64,000 bases of DNA. Origin: an uncultured Christensenella sp. (lineage in GTDB: Bacteria > Bacillota > Clostridia > Christensenellales > UBA3700). This document shows positions 23,574 to 33,776 of this stretch, in pieces (positions within the stretch are counted from its first letter, which is position 1; every line of letters begins with the position of its first letter). Both the position numbers and the translations under genes were made by a program. The DNA is taken from contig CAJTXS010000001.1 in NCBI GenBank assembly GCA_910583735.1, forward strand, positions 150,197 to 214,196, in the 5' to 3' direction. The notes below the pieces were generated by a model. That model worked only from the letters and a program-made list of their open reading frames with translations. It did not search any database and had not been told where the DNA came from.

Positions 23574-23619
23574 ATAAGTTAAACTTTATTAATCGTATAA
23601 GTTAAGCTTTATTAACGCG
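23574..23619. repeat. Tandem direct repeat, 2 x 23 nt
   Basis: ATAAGTTAAACTTTATTAATCGT / ATAAGTTAAGCTTTATTAACGCG, 19 of 23 identical, ~50-75 nt upstream of the next ORF. Confidence 0.7.
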
Positions 23620-23669
23620 ATATATCAGTCTGCATTTCTGTATTTCAATATTCTTTTCGTCATTACGCG

Positions 23670-24158
23670 TTGCGGCGCGGCATATTCTATAGTATGTCCA
23701 TCAAGTGGGTTAAGTATATGTGGGCGCTTGCCTTTGCAATGGCGGTGGTACTTATATGCGGCGCGATATGTTCCTTTATCAATATTGAGACGGATATATT
23801 TACGACCGTCAGGTTGCCGCGCGGAATATCCGGCGTTATCGTTTCGGCGGGCTGCGCGGTGTCGTATGCGCTGCTGATTGCCGTCATGTCGAGGCTGATA
23901 GTGGGCGGCGCGGGCAGGTATGCGGTGGCGGTCGCCGTCATATGCCTGCTCTATATTGTGTGGACCATAGTATTTATGGGCGCGTCCTCTCTGGCGGGAG
24001 GGGCGAGCGTAGCCTTCTTAATAGCTGTTTATTCGGTAGCGCTCGGCGTAGTTTTGTTTATGAAGGATTGGGCGTGCGGCTTGATTTTTACCCCTATTAT
24101 GCTGTGGCATATCTATCTTGCGGTAATGTCTCTGCTTACTTTGCGCGTTAATATATAG
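23670..24158 (+). CDS. Five-TM membrane protein, distantly TspO/MBR-like
   Basis: The size and TM layout fit TspO, and the C-terminal 'FTPIMLWHIYLAVMSL' resembles 'IPYxLWxxFATYL'. Most family Trp residues are missing. The start is uncertain (TTG 23670 or ATG 23694) and no clear SD is present. Confidence 0.45.
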   Translation: MRRGIFYSMSIKWVKYMWALAFAMAVVLICGAICSFINIETDIFTTVRLPRGISGVIVSAGCAVSYALLIAVMSRLIVGGAGRYAVAVAVICLLYIVWTIVFMGASSLAGGASVAFLIAVYSVALGVVLFMKDWACGLIFTPIMLWHIYLAVMSLLTLRVNI

Positions 24159-24166
24159 CGTTTTTC

Positions 24167-24195
24167 TTGATAAATTTTATTTCCTTTGCTATAAT
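24167..24195 (+). promoter_or_regulatory. Promoter TTGATA-17-(TGc)TATAAT upstream of the PanT-like/coaX/hom genes
   Basis: -35 at 24167..24172 and an extended -10 TGCTATAAT at 24187..24195. About 105 nt of leader precede ATG 24308. Confidence 0.6.
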
Positions 24196-24307
24196 ATTAC
24201 GAAAGGTATAGGCGACAGCGATACGCTTTGCTCGGTCGTATGTCATCCCGATTATCTTTTAATTTACTTGTGATGGGTATCGTAAGAGCCCAATCGGAGA
24301 GTGCTTA

Positions 24308-25066
24308 ATGGGCAAAAAATTTGCTCGTAAATCGGCGGGTAAAATTGCCGTGCTTGCAATGTTGCTTGCGTTGGTTATAATATTCATCTGCGTGCCCGTG
24401 TCAATATCGGGAGTGAGCATTGCGATGTGCCTTGTGCCGATATTGATATCCGCGCTTGTGCAGAGTTTCGGAATAACGGCGATATTGACTGCGATAATGG
24501 CGGTCGGACTGTGGGCGTCGGCGTTCGTGTCGGCAAGCCCCGTAGCCGCAATATTCCGCAATCCGTTGATAGGAATTGTGCCAAGGCTTGCCGTAGGATT
24601 AGTTGCATACGGCGTATATCACGGCTTGTCGAGACTTGCTGCATCGTCTCTGAAGAGATACGACGAGGTCAAGGCAGGCGACGGGGATTATAAGAAGGCA
24701 AGGGCGAGGGCGTACGCCGTGCGAGGCGGTTTTGCCGCGGCGGCGTGTCTGCTCGGTACCCTATGTAATACGCTGCTCGTATCTTTGAATATATGGCTGT
24801 GCTATATAGTGGGGGATATGCCCATAGACAGCAATTTGCCCATGTTGTTCTTTGAGGGAGCGGTGATAGTCAACGCCGTAATAGAGGCGGTAGCGTTTAC
24901 GCTCATCGTGCCGCCGATAGCCGCCGCTATCGATAAGGCGGGATATGGCATAGCCGGCAGGAAGAGACATAAGCGAGCAACCTGCAAGATAGAGCGGAGC
25001 GCGGCAATCGATAGCGACGCCGCAGACAAGACGGGCTCGACAGAGCCGGAAGATAATAATCGGTAA
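24308..25066 (+). CDS. ECF-transporter S-component-like membrane protein, candidate pantothenate transporter (PanT)
   Basis: Six TM, with 'NPLIGIVPRLAVGLVAYGVY' typical of ECF S components. It ends 1 nt before coaX. GGAGAG SD. Confidence 0.5.
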   Translation: MGKKFARKSAGKIAVLAMLLALVIIFICVPVSISGVSIAMCLVPILISALVQSFGITAILTAIMAVGLWASAFVSASPVAAIFRNPLIGIVPRLAVGLVAYGVYHGLSRLAASSLKRYDEVKAGDGDYKKARARAYAVRGGFAAAACLLGTLCNTLLVSLNIWLCYIVGDMPIDSNLPMLFFEGAVIVNAVIEAVAFTLIVPPIAAAIDKAGYGIAGRKRHKRATCKIERSAAIDSDAADKTGSTEPEDNNR

Positions 25067-25067
25067 T

Positions 25068-25853
25068 ATGATAATAGCGATAGATATAGGCAATACCAAT
25101 ATCAAGATAGGCGTATTCAACGGCGATGAGCTCATCAACGCGTTCAGGTTTTCCGTGCGTACGTCTCATACTGCGGACGAATTCGGCGTCAATCTGCGCA
25201 TGGTGATGTCGGACAGCAAGTTGAGCGCGTCGGATATCGACGGCGTGATAATCTCGTCGGTGCAGCCCGAGCTCAACTATACCGTAGAGCATGCCTGCAA
25301 GCATTATCTCGGACGCAGTCCCATGATAGTGGGCGTGGGCATCAAGACGGGATTGAATATCAAGTATACCAATCCCCAAGAGCTCGGCGCAGACAGGATA
25401 GTCAATTCCGTCGCCGCATACAGACTGTACGGAGCGCCTTGCATAGTGGTGGATTTCGGTACGGCTACGGTGTTCAACTACGTGGCGGCGGGCGGCGAAT
25501 ATATGGGCGGATGTATTGCGCCCGGCATTAAGACCAGTCTGGACAGCCTGGTGGAAAAGACAGCTAAGCTCCCCAGCATAGAGCTGATTAAGCCCGAGCG
25601 CATTATTAACCGTACCACGGGCACCAACATGCAGGCGGGATTAATATACGGCTTTGCGGGGCTGGTCAAGTACATCATCGAGCAGATGAAGAAGGAGTGC
25701 GGCGCAGCCGACGTCAAGGTAGTGGCGACAGGCGGACTGAGCGAAGTGGTCAAGGCCGTACTTCAAGAGAAGATAATTGACGTGACAGACAGGTCTCTTA
25801 CGCTTAAGGGACTGAAAATAATATATGATTCTAACATCGGTAAAGGAGAATGA
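25068..25853 (+). CDS. coaX: Type III pantothenate kinase
   Basis: 'IIAIDIGNTNIKIGVF', 'GADRIVN', 'VVDFGTATVF'. Confidence 0.92.
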   Translation: MIIAIDIGNTNIKIGVFNGDELINAFRFSVRTSHTADEFGVNLRMVMSDSKLSASDIDGVIISSVQPELNYTVEHACKHYLGRSPMIVGVGIKTGLNIKYTNPQELGADRIVNSVAAYRLYGAPCIVVDFGTATVFNYVAAGGEYMGGCIAPGIKTSLDSLVEKTAKLPSIELIKPERIINRTTGTNMQAGLIYGFAGLVKYIIEQMKKECGAADVKVVATGGLSEVVKAVLQEKIIDVTDRSLTLKGLKIIYDSNIGKGE

Positions 25854-25855
25854 CA

Positions 25856-27130
25856 ATGAAGAAAGTAGGAGTCGCAATACTCGGAATGGGCGTCGTCGGA
25901 GGCGGTACTTATAAGATTTTACGCGACAGGAAGCAGGCGATTGCAGAAGAGTACGGCGTGGACGCCGAAGTCGTAGCCATGCTCGATAAAGTCCCCGAGA
26001 GGTTGGACGCCGTAGGCGCGGACAGGGCGCTGCTTGCTCCGTCTATCGACGCTATCGCCGCCAATAAAGACGTGGATATAGTAGTGGAGTGCATGGGCGG
26101 ACTCGAGCCTGCCAAGACATTCTTGCTCAAGTGCCTCAAGGCGGGCAAGAGCATAGTTACTTCCAATAAAGAGATGTTCTCCAAGAGCTGGACCGAGCTT
26201 GAAGCAGCCGCTGCCGAGACGGGCGCGGGACTGTATTACGAGGCTACTACAGGCGGCGGCATGCCCATCATCAGAGTTATGACGGCAGCCATGCAAGCCA
26301 ATAAGATTCTCGAGATTAAGACCATTATCAACGGTACCACCAACTATATTCTTACCAGGATGGCTAAAGAGGGCGCAGACTATAAGGACGTGCTCAAGGA
26401 CGCTCAAGCGCTCGGCTATGCCGAGGCCAATCCCGAGGCGGACGTAGAGGGCTTCGACTCGAGCTATAAGCTCAGCATTCTCGCAAGCCTTGCGTTCAAT
26501 AAGCGCGTCCCCGCGGATATGATATACAGAGAGGGCATCACGCACATTACCGCGGAAGATATGCGCATTGCGGACGAGCTGGGCTATGTCATCAAGTTGC
26601 TCGCCATCGCCAAGAACAGGTCGGGCGGTAAAATCGAGGCGAGAGTACACCCAGTATTCCTGCCCAAGTCTCACCCCCTTGCCAACGTCAACGACTCATT
26701 TAACGGAGTGTTCGTCGTGGGCGACGCGGTCGGCGACGTAATGCTGTACGGACGCGGAGCCGGCGAGTTGCCTACGGGCAGCGCAATCGTATCCGACGTA
26801 ATCTACTGCGCAAGGAATGCGGAGCACGCGCGTTACTCCGAGATGAACGACATCGTGAATAAGAAAGACATTGTCGCCGACTTCGAGAGCGAGTATTATC
26901 TGCGCATGAACGTGCACGATGTGTCGGGAGTGCTTGCAGATGTCGCCAACGTATTCAAGAAGCATAAGGTATCTATCGCAAGGATGCGTCAGGACGAGGG
27001 CAACGATGTTATCACGGTTATATTCATTACCCACATGACGCACGAGGCGGCTATGAAGGAGTCGGTAGAGGAGATATCCAGACTGGATAACGTAATCAGC
27101 GTAGAGAACGTCATCCGCGTAGAAAAATAA
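25856..27130 (+). CDS. hom: Homoserine dehydrogenase with a C-terminal ACT domain
   Basis: 'VGVAILGMGVVGGG', 'NGTTNYILT', 'GYAEANPEADVEG'. ATG 25856 lies 7 nt after AGGAG; the track start 25850 is too close to the SD. Confidence 0.92.
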   Translation: MKKVGVAILGMGVVGGGTYKILRDRKQAIAEEYGVDAEVVAMLDKVPERLDAVGADRALLAPSIDAIAANKDVDIVVECMGGLEPAKTFLLKCLKAGKSIVTSNKEMFSKSWTELEAAAAETGAGLYYEATTGGGMPIIRVMTAAMQANKILEIKTIINGTTNYILTRMAKEGADYKDVLKDAQALGYAEANPEADVEGFDSSYKLSILASLAFNKRVPADMIYREGITHITAEDMRIADELGYVIKLLAIAKNRSGGKIEARVHPVFLPKSHPLANVNDSFNGVFVVGDAVGDVMLYGRGAGELPTGSAIVSDVIYCARNAEHARYSEMNDIVNKKDIVADFESEYYLRMNVHDVSGVLADVANVFKKHKVSIARMRQDEGNDVITVIFITHMTHEAAMKESVEEISRLDNVISVENVIRVEK

Positions 27131-27552
27131 TGAATCAGACGGGCAGAGACTTACTGATCAATCTCGATAAGGCTCTTACGGGCTTTAACTACGCCGTGCT
27201 CGACATGAGCGATATCGCCGATGGGCTCGATGCTGCATCGGCAAGCGAAGCCGTGGACGCGCTGATCAGCGGAGGATTCATAATCGTCAAGTACAGAGAC
27301 GAAGATCAGATTTGCCTGTGTATTACCCGCGCCGGCAGGACGCTTGCCGCAAGGCTGAAGGCGGATGTCGAGAGCGGTATCGATAAGGGCGATTCGGATA
27401 GCGGCGCATTGCAGATAGACGCATTGCCTAAGGTGCGCGTCAAGACGGGCTGGGATAAGATTAAGAGCGTCGTTATATCCGCTATAGCAGGTCTATTCGG
27501 CGGCGTAATAGGCGGAGCTATTATATATGTCATAATGGGGGCTGTCGCTTGA
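27130..27552 (+). CDS. Tail-anchored small protein (soluble ~100-aa domain plus C-terminal TM), hypothetical
   Basis: TAATG overlap with hom. The C-terminal 'VVISAIAGLFGGVIGGAIIYVIMGAV' is the only hydrophobic segment. Confidence 0.6.
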   Translation: MNQTGRDLLINLDKALTGFNYAVLDMSDIADGLDAASASEAVDALISGGFIIVKYRDEDQICLCITRAGRTLAARLKADVESGIDKGDSDSGALQIDALPKVRVKTGWDKIKSVVISAIAGLFGGVIGGAIIYVIMGAVA

Positions 27553-27553
27553 T

Positions 27554-27916
27554 ATGATCAACAGAGTTCAGAAGGCGGTAATGACCGCAGTGTACAACCA
27601 GGCAGCAGATAAGAACGGCACTTGTCTCATCCGTCCTATAGATTTGCTCAAGAGTATTCCCTACGGCGTCAAGTTTGACAGAGACGATTTGCCCGCATAT
27701 CTGCGCTCGCTCGAGATAGACGACTACTTCGAAGTTATAGAGACGGACAAGAAAGGCGATAAATATTATTGTTTTACTCTCCATCAGAACGGTTACGCGT
27801 TTATCCGCCAGGTTAAGAGCGAGAAGAGGGCGGTGGTTTTCAAAATAGCCCTCACCGTCGCAGGTGCGTGTCTAAGCTTTGCCATCGGAGCTATATTAAA
27901 GCACATTTTCTCCTAA
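27554..27916 (+). CDS. Tail-anchored small protein with a winged-helix-like N-domain; same layout as the upstream gene
   Basis: It starts 1 nt after the upstream stop. 'DDYFEVIETDKKGDKYYCFTLHQNGYAF' looks like a wing, and the C-terminal TM is 'VVFKIALTVAGACLSFAIGAIL'. Confidence 0.6.
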   Translation: MINRVQKAVMTAVYNQAADKNGTCLIRPIDLLKSIPYGVKFDRDDLPAYLRSLEIDDYFEVIETDKKGDKYYCFTLHQNGYAFIRQVKSEKRAVVFKIALTVAGACLSFAIGAILKHIFS

Positions 27917-27920
27917 TCGC

Positions 27921-27949
27921 TTGCAGATTGTGAACATATGTGCTAAAAT
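27921..27949 (+). promoter_or_regulatory. uvrBA promoter TTGCAG-17-(TGc)TAAAAT
   Basis: -35 at 27921..27926 and an extended -10 at 27941..27949. ATG 27959 follows after 9 nt with no SD. Confidence 0.55.
27932..27943 (+). promoter_or_regulatory. Candidate LexA (Cheo/SOS) box in the uvrB promoter spacer
   Basis: GAACATATGTGC against the Firmicute consensus GAAC-N4-GTTC (CGAACATATGTTCG). There is one mismatch in the right half-site, and the flanking C/G are absent. Confidence 0.45.
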
Positions 27950-27958
27950 ACATACGAT

Positions 27959-29947
27959 ATGTTCGAGTTGCATTCCAAGTTTTCACCCTGCGGGGATCAA
28001 CCGCAGGCAATAGCCAAGCTGGTTGAGGGCGTCAAAGACGGTCTCCGTACGCAGGTACTGCTCGGCGTGACGGGCAGCGGCAAGACCTTTACAATGGCTA
28101 ATGTCATCAAGCAGCTCGACAGACCCGCCTTGGTAATAGCGCATAATAAGACGCTCGCCGCGCAGCTGTGCAACGAGTTCAGAGAGTTTTTTCCCAACAA
28201 CAGAGTAGAGTATTTCGTAAGTTACTACGACTATTATCAGCCGGAGGCTTATATTCCGCGCAGCGATACCTATATCGAGAAGGATATGTCCGTCAACGAC
28301 GAGATAGACAGGCTGCGCAATTCCGCTACCAGCGCGCTGTGCGAACGCAGAGACGTTATCGTCGTGGCGTCGGTGTCGTGCATTTACGGACTCGGCGCGC
28401 CTATGGAATACTTCAGCATGGCTATCTCCGTAAGAGAGGGCATGACTATCGATAGGGACGAGCTCATCGACAGGCTGGTAGAGATACAGTATAAGAGGTC
28501 GGACGTCGAATTCTCGCGCGCAACCTTCAGAGTGCGCGGCGACGTGCTGGAATTGATTCCCGTAGAAAATGACAAGATTGCCATTCGCATAGAGTTTTTC
28601 GGCGACGAGGTGGAGAAGATAGTACAGTTTGACCCTCTTACCTCGCAGGTAATGTGCGCTCTCAAGCACGTCAATATATTCCCCGCTACGCAGTACGTAG
28701 TGGCTAAGGATAAGAGAGACGAGGCGTTAAGACAAATAGGGCTGGATATGAACGAGCGCGTCGCGCAGTTTAAGGCTCAAGGCAAGTTAATCGAGGCTCA
28801 ACGCATAGGCGAGAGGGTGAGCTACGACATGGAGATGATCAAGGAGATGGGCTATTGCAGCGGGATAGAGAACTATTCGCGCTATTTCGACGGCAGAAAG
28901 GAGGGGGAACCTCCTTATACTTTGCTCGACTTCTTCCCCGAAGATTTCTTACTGTTCGTAGACGAGAGCCACATGACTCTGCCGCAGCTGAGAGCGATGT
29001 ACAACGGAGATTTATCCCGTAAGAAGAATCTCGTCGACTTCGGTTTCAGACTGCCGGCAGCCTACGATAACAGACCGCTCAAGTTCGACGAGTTCGACGA
29101 GCGTATAGGTCAGATGATATGCGTATCGGCAACTCCCGCGCCGTACGAGCTGGAGCAGGCGGGACAAGTCGTCGAGCAGCTCATAAGACCTACGGGATTG
29201 CTCGACCCCAAGGTGCAGGTGCGTCCCATCGAGGGACAGATTGACGACCTTATATGCTCCGTCAACGACGTGATAGAGGACGGCGGCAGGGCGCTGGTGA
29301 CTACGCTTACCAAGAAGATGGCAGAGGACTTAACAGCATTCTTGAAAGAGCACCATATCAAGGTGAGATATATGCACTCAGATGTCGATACGCTGGAGAG
29401 GATATCCATAATTACCGACTTGCGTAAAGGGGAATTCGATGTGCTCGTTGGAATCAATCTGCTTAGAGAGGGCTTGGATATACCGGAGGTAAAACTCGTG
29501 GCGATACTCGACGCGGACAAAGAAGGCTTCTTACGCAGCGAGACATCGCTTATACAGACTATAGGCAGGGCGGCGCGTAATGCCGAGGCGCAAGTGATAA
29601 TGTATGCAGATACCGTTACGGGCAGCATGCGCAGAGCAATAGACGAGACAGAGCGACGCAGGGGCGTACAGCAGGCGTATAACGAGGCGCACGGTATTGT
29701 CCCCAAGACGATTGTCAAGGAAATCAACAATACTATCGAGATAAGCAAGAAGGTAGAGATTGTCGAGACGCAGTCCGTAGATAGGTCGGAGATACTCAAG
29801 CAGATAGAGAGGCTGACTTCGTCGATGAAACTTGCCGCGTCGGGACAGGACTTCGAGCTTGCAATCAAGTACAGAGAGCAGATAGCTTCGCTCAAGAGGA
29901 TGCTTGACGATGGCGGTTATAACGGGAAAAGGAAGCAAGGCAGGTAA
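27959..29947 (+). CDS. uvrB: Excinuclease ABC subunit B
   Basis: '[13 protein letters not shown]', '[12 protein letters not shown]', helicase motifs and a C-terminal UVR domain. Confidence 0.97.
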   Translation: MFELHSKFSPCGDQPQAIAKLVEGVKDGLRTQVLLGVTGSGKTFTMANVIKQLDRPALVIAHNKTLAAQLCNEFREFFPNNRVEYFVSYYDYYQPEAYIPRSDTYIEKDMSVNDEIDRLRNSATSALCERRDVIVVASVSCIYGLGAPMEYFSMAISVREGMTIDRDELIDRLVEIQYKRSDVEFSRATFRVRGDVLELIPVENDKIAIRIEFFGDEVEKIVQFDPLTSQVMCALKHVNIFPATQYVVAKDKRDEALRQIGLDMNERVAQFKAQGKLIEAQRIGERVSYDMEMIKEMGYCSGIENYSRYFDGRKEGEPPYTLLDFFPEDFLLFVDESHMTLPQLRAMYNGDLSRKKNLVDFGFRLPAAYDNRPLKFDEFDERIGQMICVSATPAPYELEQAGQVVEQLIRPTGLLDPKVQVRPIEGQIDDLICSVNDVIEDGGRALVTTLTKKMAEDLTAFLKEHHIKVRYMHSDVDTLERISIITDLRKGEFDVLVGINLLREGLDIPEVKLVAILDADKEGFLRSETSLIQTIGRAARNAEAQVIMYADTVTGSMRRAIDETERRRGVQQAYNEAHGIVPKTIVKEINNTIEISKKVEIVETQSVDRSEILKQIERLTSSMKLAASGQDFELAIKYREQIASLKRMLDDGGYNGKRKQGR

Positions 29948-29954
29948 TCATACA

Positions 29955-32786
29955 ATGCAGGAATTGATTAAGATAAGGGGCGCGCGCGTCCATAATCTCA
30001 AGAATATCGACATAGACATACCCAGGAATAAGCTGGTGGTACTTACGGGTCTTAGCGGCTCGGGCAAGTCGTCGCTTGCCTTTGATACGATATTTGCCGA
30101 GGGGCAGCGCAGATATGTGGAGTCGCTCTCTTCTTACGCAAGGCAATTCTTGGGGCAGATGGACAAGCCCGACGTCGACTTGATAGAGGGGCTGTCTCCC
30201 GCGATATCCATCGATCAAAAGACCACTTCGCACAATCCTCGCTCCACGGTGGGCACTGTCACGGAGATATACGACTATATGCGTCTGCTGTACGCAAGGA
30301 TAGGCGTTCCGCACTGTCCCAATTGCGGCAAGGAGATAGTCAGACAGAGCGTGGACCAGATTGCCGACAAGATTATGGCTTATCCGTCGGGCAGTAAGAT
30401 TAAGATAATCGCGCCCGTAGTGAGAGGCAGAAAGGGCGAGTATACCAAGCAGCTCGAGAGTATGAGGCGCAGCGGATATATGCGTATGGTGATCGACGGC
30501 ATAGAGTATGACGACGGCGGAGCGGAAGTCACTTTGGATAAGAACTTTAAGCATACCGTATCCGTAATAGTTGACAGACTGGTAATTAAAGACGGTGTGT
30601 CTCGTAGGTTAACAGACAGCTTGGAGGCGGCGCTCAAGCTGGGCGGAGGACTGGTAGAGAGCGAGTGTGACGGCGAGACTGTGCTTTATTCTACTAAATA
30701 CGCTTGTCCCGATTGCGACATCAGCATGGAGGAGTTGACCCCCAGATTTTTCTCGTTTAACTCGCCTTTCGGCGCATGTCCGCACTGTTCGGGACTGGGA
30801 TTCAGACAGGTGCCCGACCTCAATAAGTTCGTCAAGTGGGACAAGTCGCTCGAGGGCGGTGCTGTGGATATCAAGGGTTGGAGCTTCGATACCTGCAAGG
30901 TAAATGCTGCCATGACCAAGGCGCTGGCTGCCAAATACAAGTTTTCTATCGACACACCATTCAAGGACTTGCCTAAGAAGATACAAGATATCGTGCTATA
31001 CGGCGACAACAAGCCGCTGGACGCTGATATGAGAGGCGTATTCAATAACGGCTTTTTCAGCAAGCAATACGAGGGCGTATACAATATAATCCTGCGCAGG
31101 TATTCCGAGACGACTTCCGACCTTACCAAGATGGAACTCGAGCGTTTTATGTCGCCCGAGCCCTGCAACGTGTGTCACGGCAAGAGACTTAAGAAAGAGG
31201 CGCTGGGCGTTACGGTTGGCGGTCGCAATATTGCAGAGCTGTGCGATATGTCGATAGGGCTGTTGCCGAGCTTTTTCGATTCGTTAGAGCTCAGCGATAC
31301 TCAGCTCATGATAGCGGCGCAGATTATCAAGGAGATTAAGGCAAGGCTCAACTTCCTCATCAACGTAGGACTGGACTACCTTACGCTGTCGCGCTCGTCG
31401 GCTACGCTGTCGGGCGGTGAGAGCCAGCGCATAAGGCTTGCCACACAGATTGGCAGCGGACTTACGGGCGTGCTGTATATCCTCGACGAGCCGAGTATAG
31501 GATTGCATCAGCGAGACAACGGCAAGCTCCTCGAGACGCTCACAAGGCTGCGCGACTTGGGCAATACGCTTATCGTCGTCGAGCATGACGAGGAGACGAT
31601 GAGCAAGGCAGACTATATAGTCGATATAGGTCCCGGCGCGGGCGTGCACGGCGGTGAAGTCGTCGTTGCGGGTACTCCCGCAGAGGTTGCTGCATGTACT
31701 TGCTCTATCACCGGAGACTATCTCGGCGGCAGAAAGATTATACCCGTGCCTGCCGCGAGAAGGGAAGGCAACGGTAAATTTGTTACCGTCAAAGGCGCGA
31801 GGAAGAATAATCTTACGGGGATCGACGTGACTATACCGCTCGGCAAACTGGTCGCGGTGACGGGCGTGTCGGGCAGCGGCAAGAGCTCGCTTGTGGGCGA
31901 GATAATCAAGCCCGCTTTAGCTGCTGCGCTCAACGGCGCCAAGACGCTTAATCTCGAGTGCGACGGCATAGAGGGGATAGAGAATCTCGACAAGGTGATA
32001 TCGATAGACCAGAGCCCCATAGGCAGGACGCCTCGCTCCAATCCCGCAACATATACAGGCGTATTTACTCCGATACGCGAGCTCTTCGCCAAGCTCCCCG
32101 AGGCGCAGGCAAGGGGCTACGGCGCGGGTAGATTTTCCTTTAATGTATCGGGCGGCAGATGCGAGAACTGTAGCGGAGACGGCATTATCAAGATAGAGAT
32201 GCACTTCCTTGCGGACGTATACGTGCCTTGCGAAGTGTGCGGAGGCAGACGTTACAACAGAGAGACGCTCCAAGTAATGTATAAGGGCAAGAGCATATAC
32301 GACGTGCTCGAGATGACAGTGGACGAGGCGTGCGAATTCTTCCGCAATATTCCGCAGATTTACAATAAGATAAGCACGCTTAAAGACGTAGGACTGGGAT
32401 ATGTTAAACTGGGTCAACCCGCCACTACGCTGTCGGGCGGCGAGGCGCAGAGAGTTAAACTCGCGACAGAGCTGTCCAAGCGCAGCACGGGCAAGACGGT
32501 GTATATCCTCGACGAGCCCACTACGGGTCTGCACAGCGACGACGTGCGCAGGCTTATAGATATACTCCATAAGTTTGCCGACAACGGCAATACGGTGATA
32601 GTAATCGAGCACAATCTGGACGTAATCAAAGTTGCCGATCACATAATAGACCTCGGACCCGAGGGCGGAGACAGAGGCGGCAAGATAGTGGCGCAAGGCA
32701 CGCCCGAGCAAGTGGCGGAAGTTAAGGGCAGCTATACAGGAGAATATCTCAGAGATAAACTGTCCGGTAAGAGCTATCTTGACTGA
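29955..32786 (+). CDS. uvrA: Excinuclease ABC subunit A
   Basis: '[17 protein letters not shown]', two ABC modules ('[12 protein letters not shown]', '[11 protein letters not shown]'; 'LSGGESQR', 'LSGGEAQR') and zinc-finger Cys pairs. I use ATG 29955 rather than track start 29904, which overlaps uvrB. Confidence 0.97.
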   Translation: MQELIKIRGARVHNLKNIDIDIPRNKLVVLTGLSGSGKSSLAFDTIFAEGQRRYVESLSSYARQFLGQMDKPDVDLIEGLSPAISIDQKTTSHNPRSTVGTVTEIYDYMRLLYARIGVPHCPNCGKEIVRQSVDQIADKIMAYPSGSKIKIIAPVVRGRKGEYTKQLESMRRSGYMRMVIDGIEYDDGGAEVTLDKNFKHTVSVIVDRLVIKDGVSRRLTDSLEAALKLGGGLVESECDGETVLYSTKYACPDCDISMEELTPRFFSFNSPFGACPHCSGLGFRQVPDLNKFVKWDKSLEGGAVDIKGWSFDTCKVNAAMTKALAAKYKFSIDTPFKDLPKKIQDIVLYGDNKPLDADMRGVFNNGFFSKQYEGVYNIILRRYSETTSDLTKMELERFMSPEPCNVCHGKRLKKEALGVTVGGRNIAELCDMSIGLLPSFFDSLELSDTQLMIAAQIIKEIKARLNFLINVGLDYLTLSRSSATLSGGESQRIRLATQIGSGLTGVLYILDEPSIGLHQRDNGKLLETLTRLRDLGNTLIVVEHDEETMSKADYIVDIGPGAGVHGGEVVVAGTPAEVAACTCSITGDYLGGRKIIPVPAARREGNGKFVTVKGARKNNLTGIDVTIPLGKLVAVTGVSGSGKSSLVGEIIKPALAAALNGAKTLNLECDGIEGIENLDKVISIDQSPIGRTPRSNPATYTGVFTPIRELFAKLPEAQARGYGAGRFSFNVSGGRCENCSGDGIIKIEMHFLADVYVPCEVCGGRRYNRETLQVMYKGKSIYDVLEMTVDEACEFFRNIPQIYNKISTLKDVGLGYVKLGQPATTLSGGEAQRVKLATELSKRSTGKTVYILDEPTTGLHSDDVRRLIDILHKFADNGNTVIVIEHNLDVIKVADHIIDLGPEGGDRGGKIVAQGTPEQVAEVKGSYTGEYLRDKLSGKSYLD

Positions 32787-33024
32787 CTTCTTGTCGGATA
32801 GAAGTATATTGATAAAAGCCGACTTGCAGCAGCAAGATTAATCTTTAAGTCGGTAGTATATCGGCGCTATATAAGTCTATACAATACTTTCGCAAAGCAA
32901 GTTGATTAGCTATATCAGCCGAGTAGAATTATAGCGTAATCTTTTGTTACTTCATGAATGAGCTTTGCGCTATAGACGCCATATATATTAAGACAATAAT
33001 ATGATATGTTGAGGAGAGCGTGCG

Positions 33025-33585
33025 ATGAGCGATATATTGCAATTTGCTGACAGACAGCAATTCAGAGATTGGCTGCAAGTTAATTGCCGCTTGAGCGCGG
33101 GAGTGTGGCTGATATTAGGCAAGAGCGGGGGACCCGAGACTATTAAGGCGAACGAGGCGCTCGAAGAGGCGCTTTGCTTCGGCTGGATAGACGGACAGAT
33201 GCAAAGCATCGATGATAAGACTTATAAGAAATATTTTTCACCGCGTCGCAAGGGTAGCAATTGGTCGGAGAAAAATAAAGCGCTTGCCAAAGATCTCGAG
33301 GATAGAGGTCTGATGACAGACTTCGGAAGAGCTAAGATAGAGGAAGCCCGCGCGAGCGGACAGTGGGACGCTGTAAAACCTGTATTGGACAATCAAGAGC
33401 AGATAGATTGTCTTGACACCGTGCTCAAGCAATACGAGCCTGCTTATAGCAATTGGCTTGCGATGTCTCTGTCGGTCAAGAAGACATATACGCGCGCTTA
33501 TTTCGATGCTAAGACGGACGAGGGCAGAAAAAAGCGAATCGCTTGGATTGTGGACAGACTCAATAACAATCTCAAGCCTATGTAG
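33025..33585 (+). CDS. YdeI/OmpD-associated (bacteriocin-protection-like) family protein
   Basis: 'FRDWLQVN...GVWLILGK' and 'EALCFGWIDG'. GAGGAGAG SD. Confidence 0.7.
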   Translation: MSDILQFADRQQFRDWLQVNCRLSAGVWLILGKSGGPETIKANEALEEALCFGWIDGQMQSIDDKTYKKYFSPRRKGSNWSEKNKALAKDLEDRGLMTDFGRAKIEEARASGQWDAVKPVLDNQEQIDCLDTVLKQYEPAYSNWLAMSLSVKKTYTRAYFDAKTDEGRKKRIAWIVDRLNNNLKPM

Positions 33586-33776
33586 CGGCAATCTTAAATG
33601 CGTAATTATTCAATCAATATATAAGATAATATTATTTACATAAAGCAAAAGTCTGTCGATTTATAAATATTTGATATGGATAAAGCAAAGAGATATATTT
33701 AATTTTCTCCTTGCTTTTATAATATAATTTTAACTATAATTAAATAAGATAAAGATTAATTGTGCGGAGAAGTAAT

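Noticed and set aside
29904-29954. Upstream start for uvrA that overlaps uvrB.
   Set aside because: Conserved UvrA N-termini begin at '[15 protein letters not shown]'. ATG 29955 follows the uvrB stop by 7 nt.
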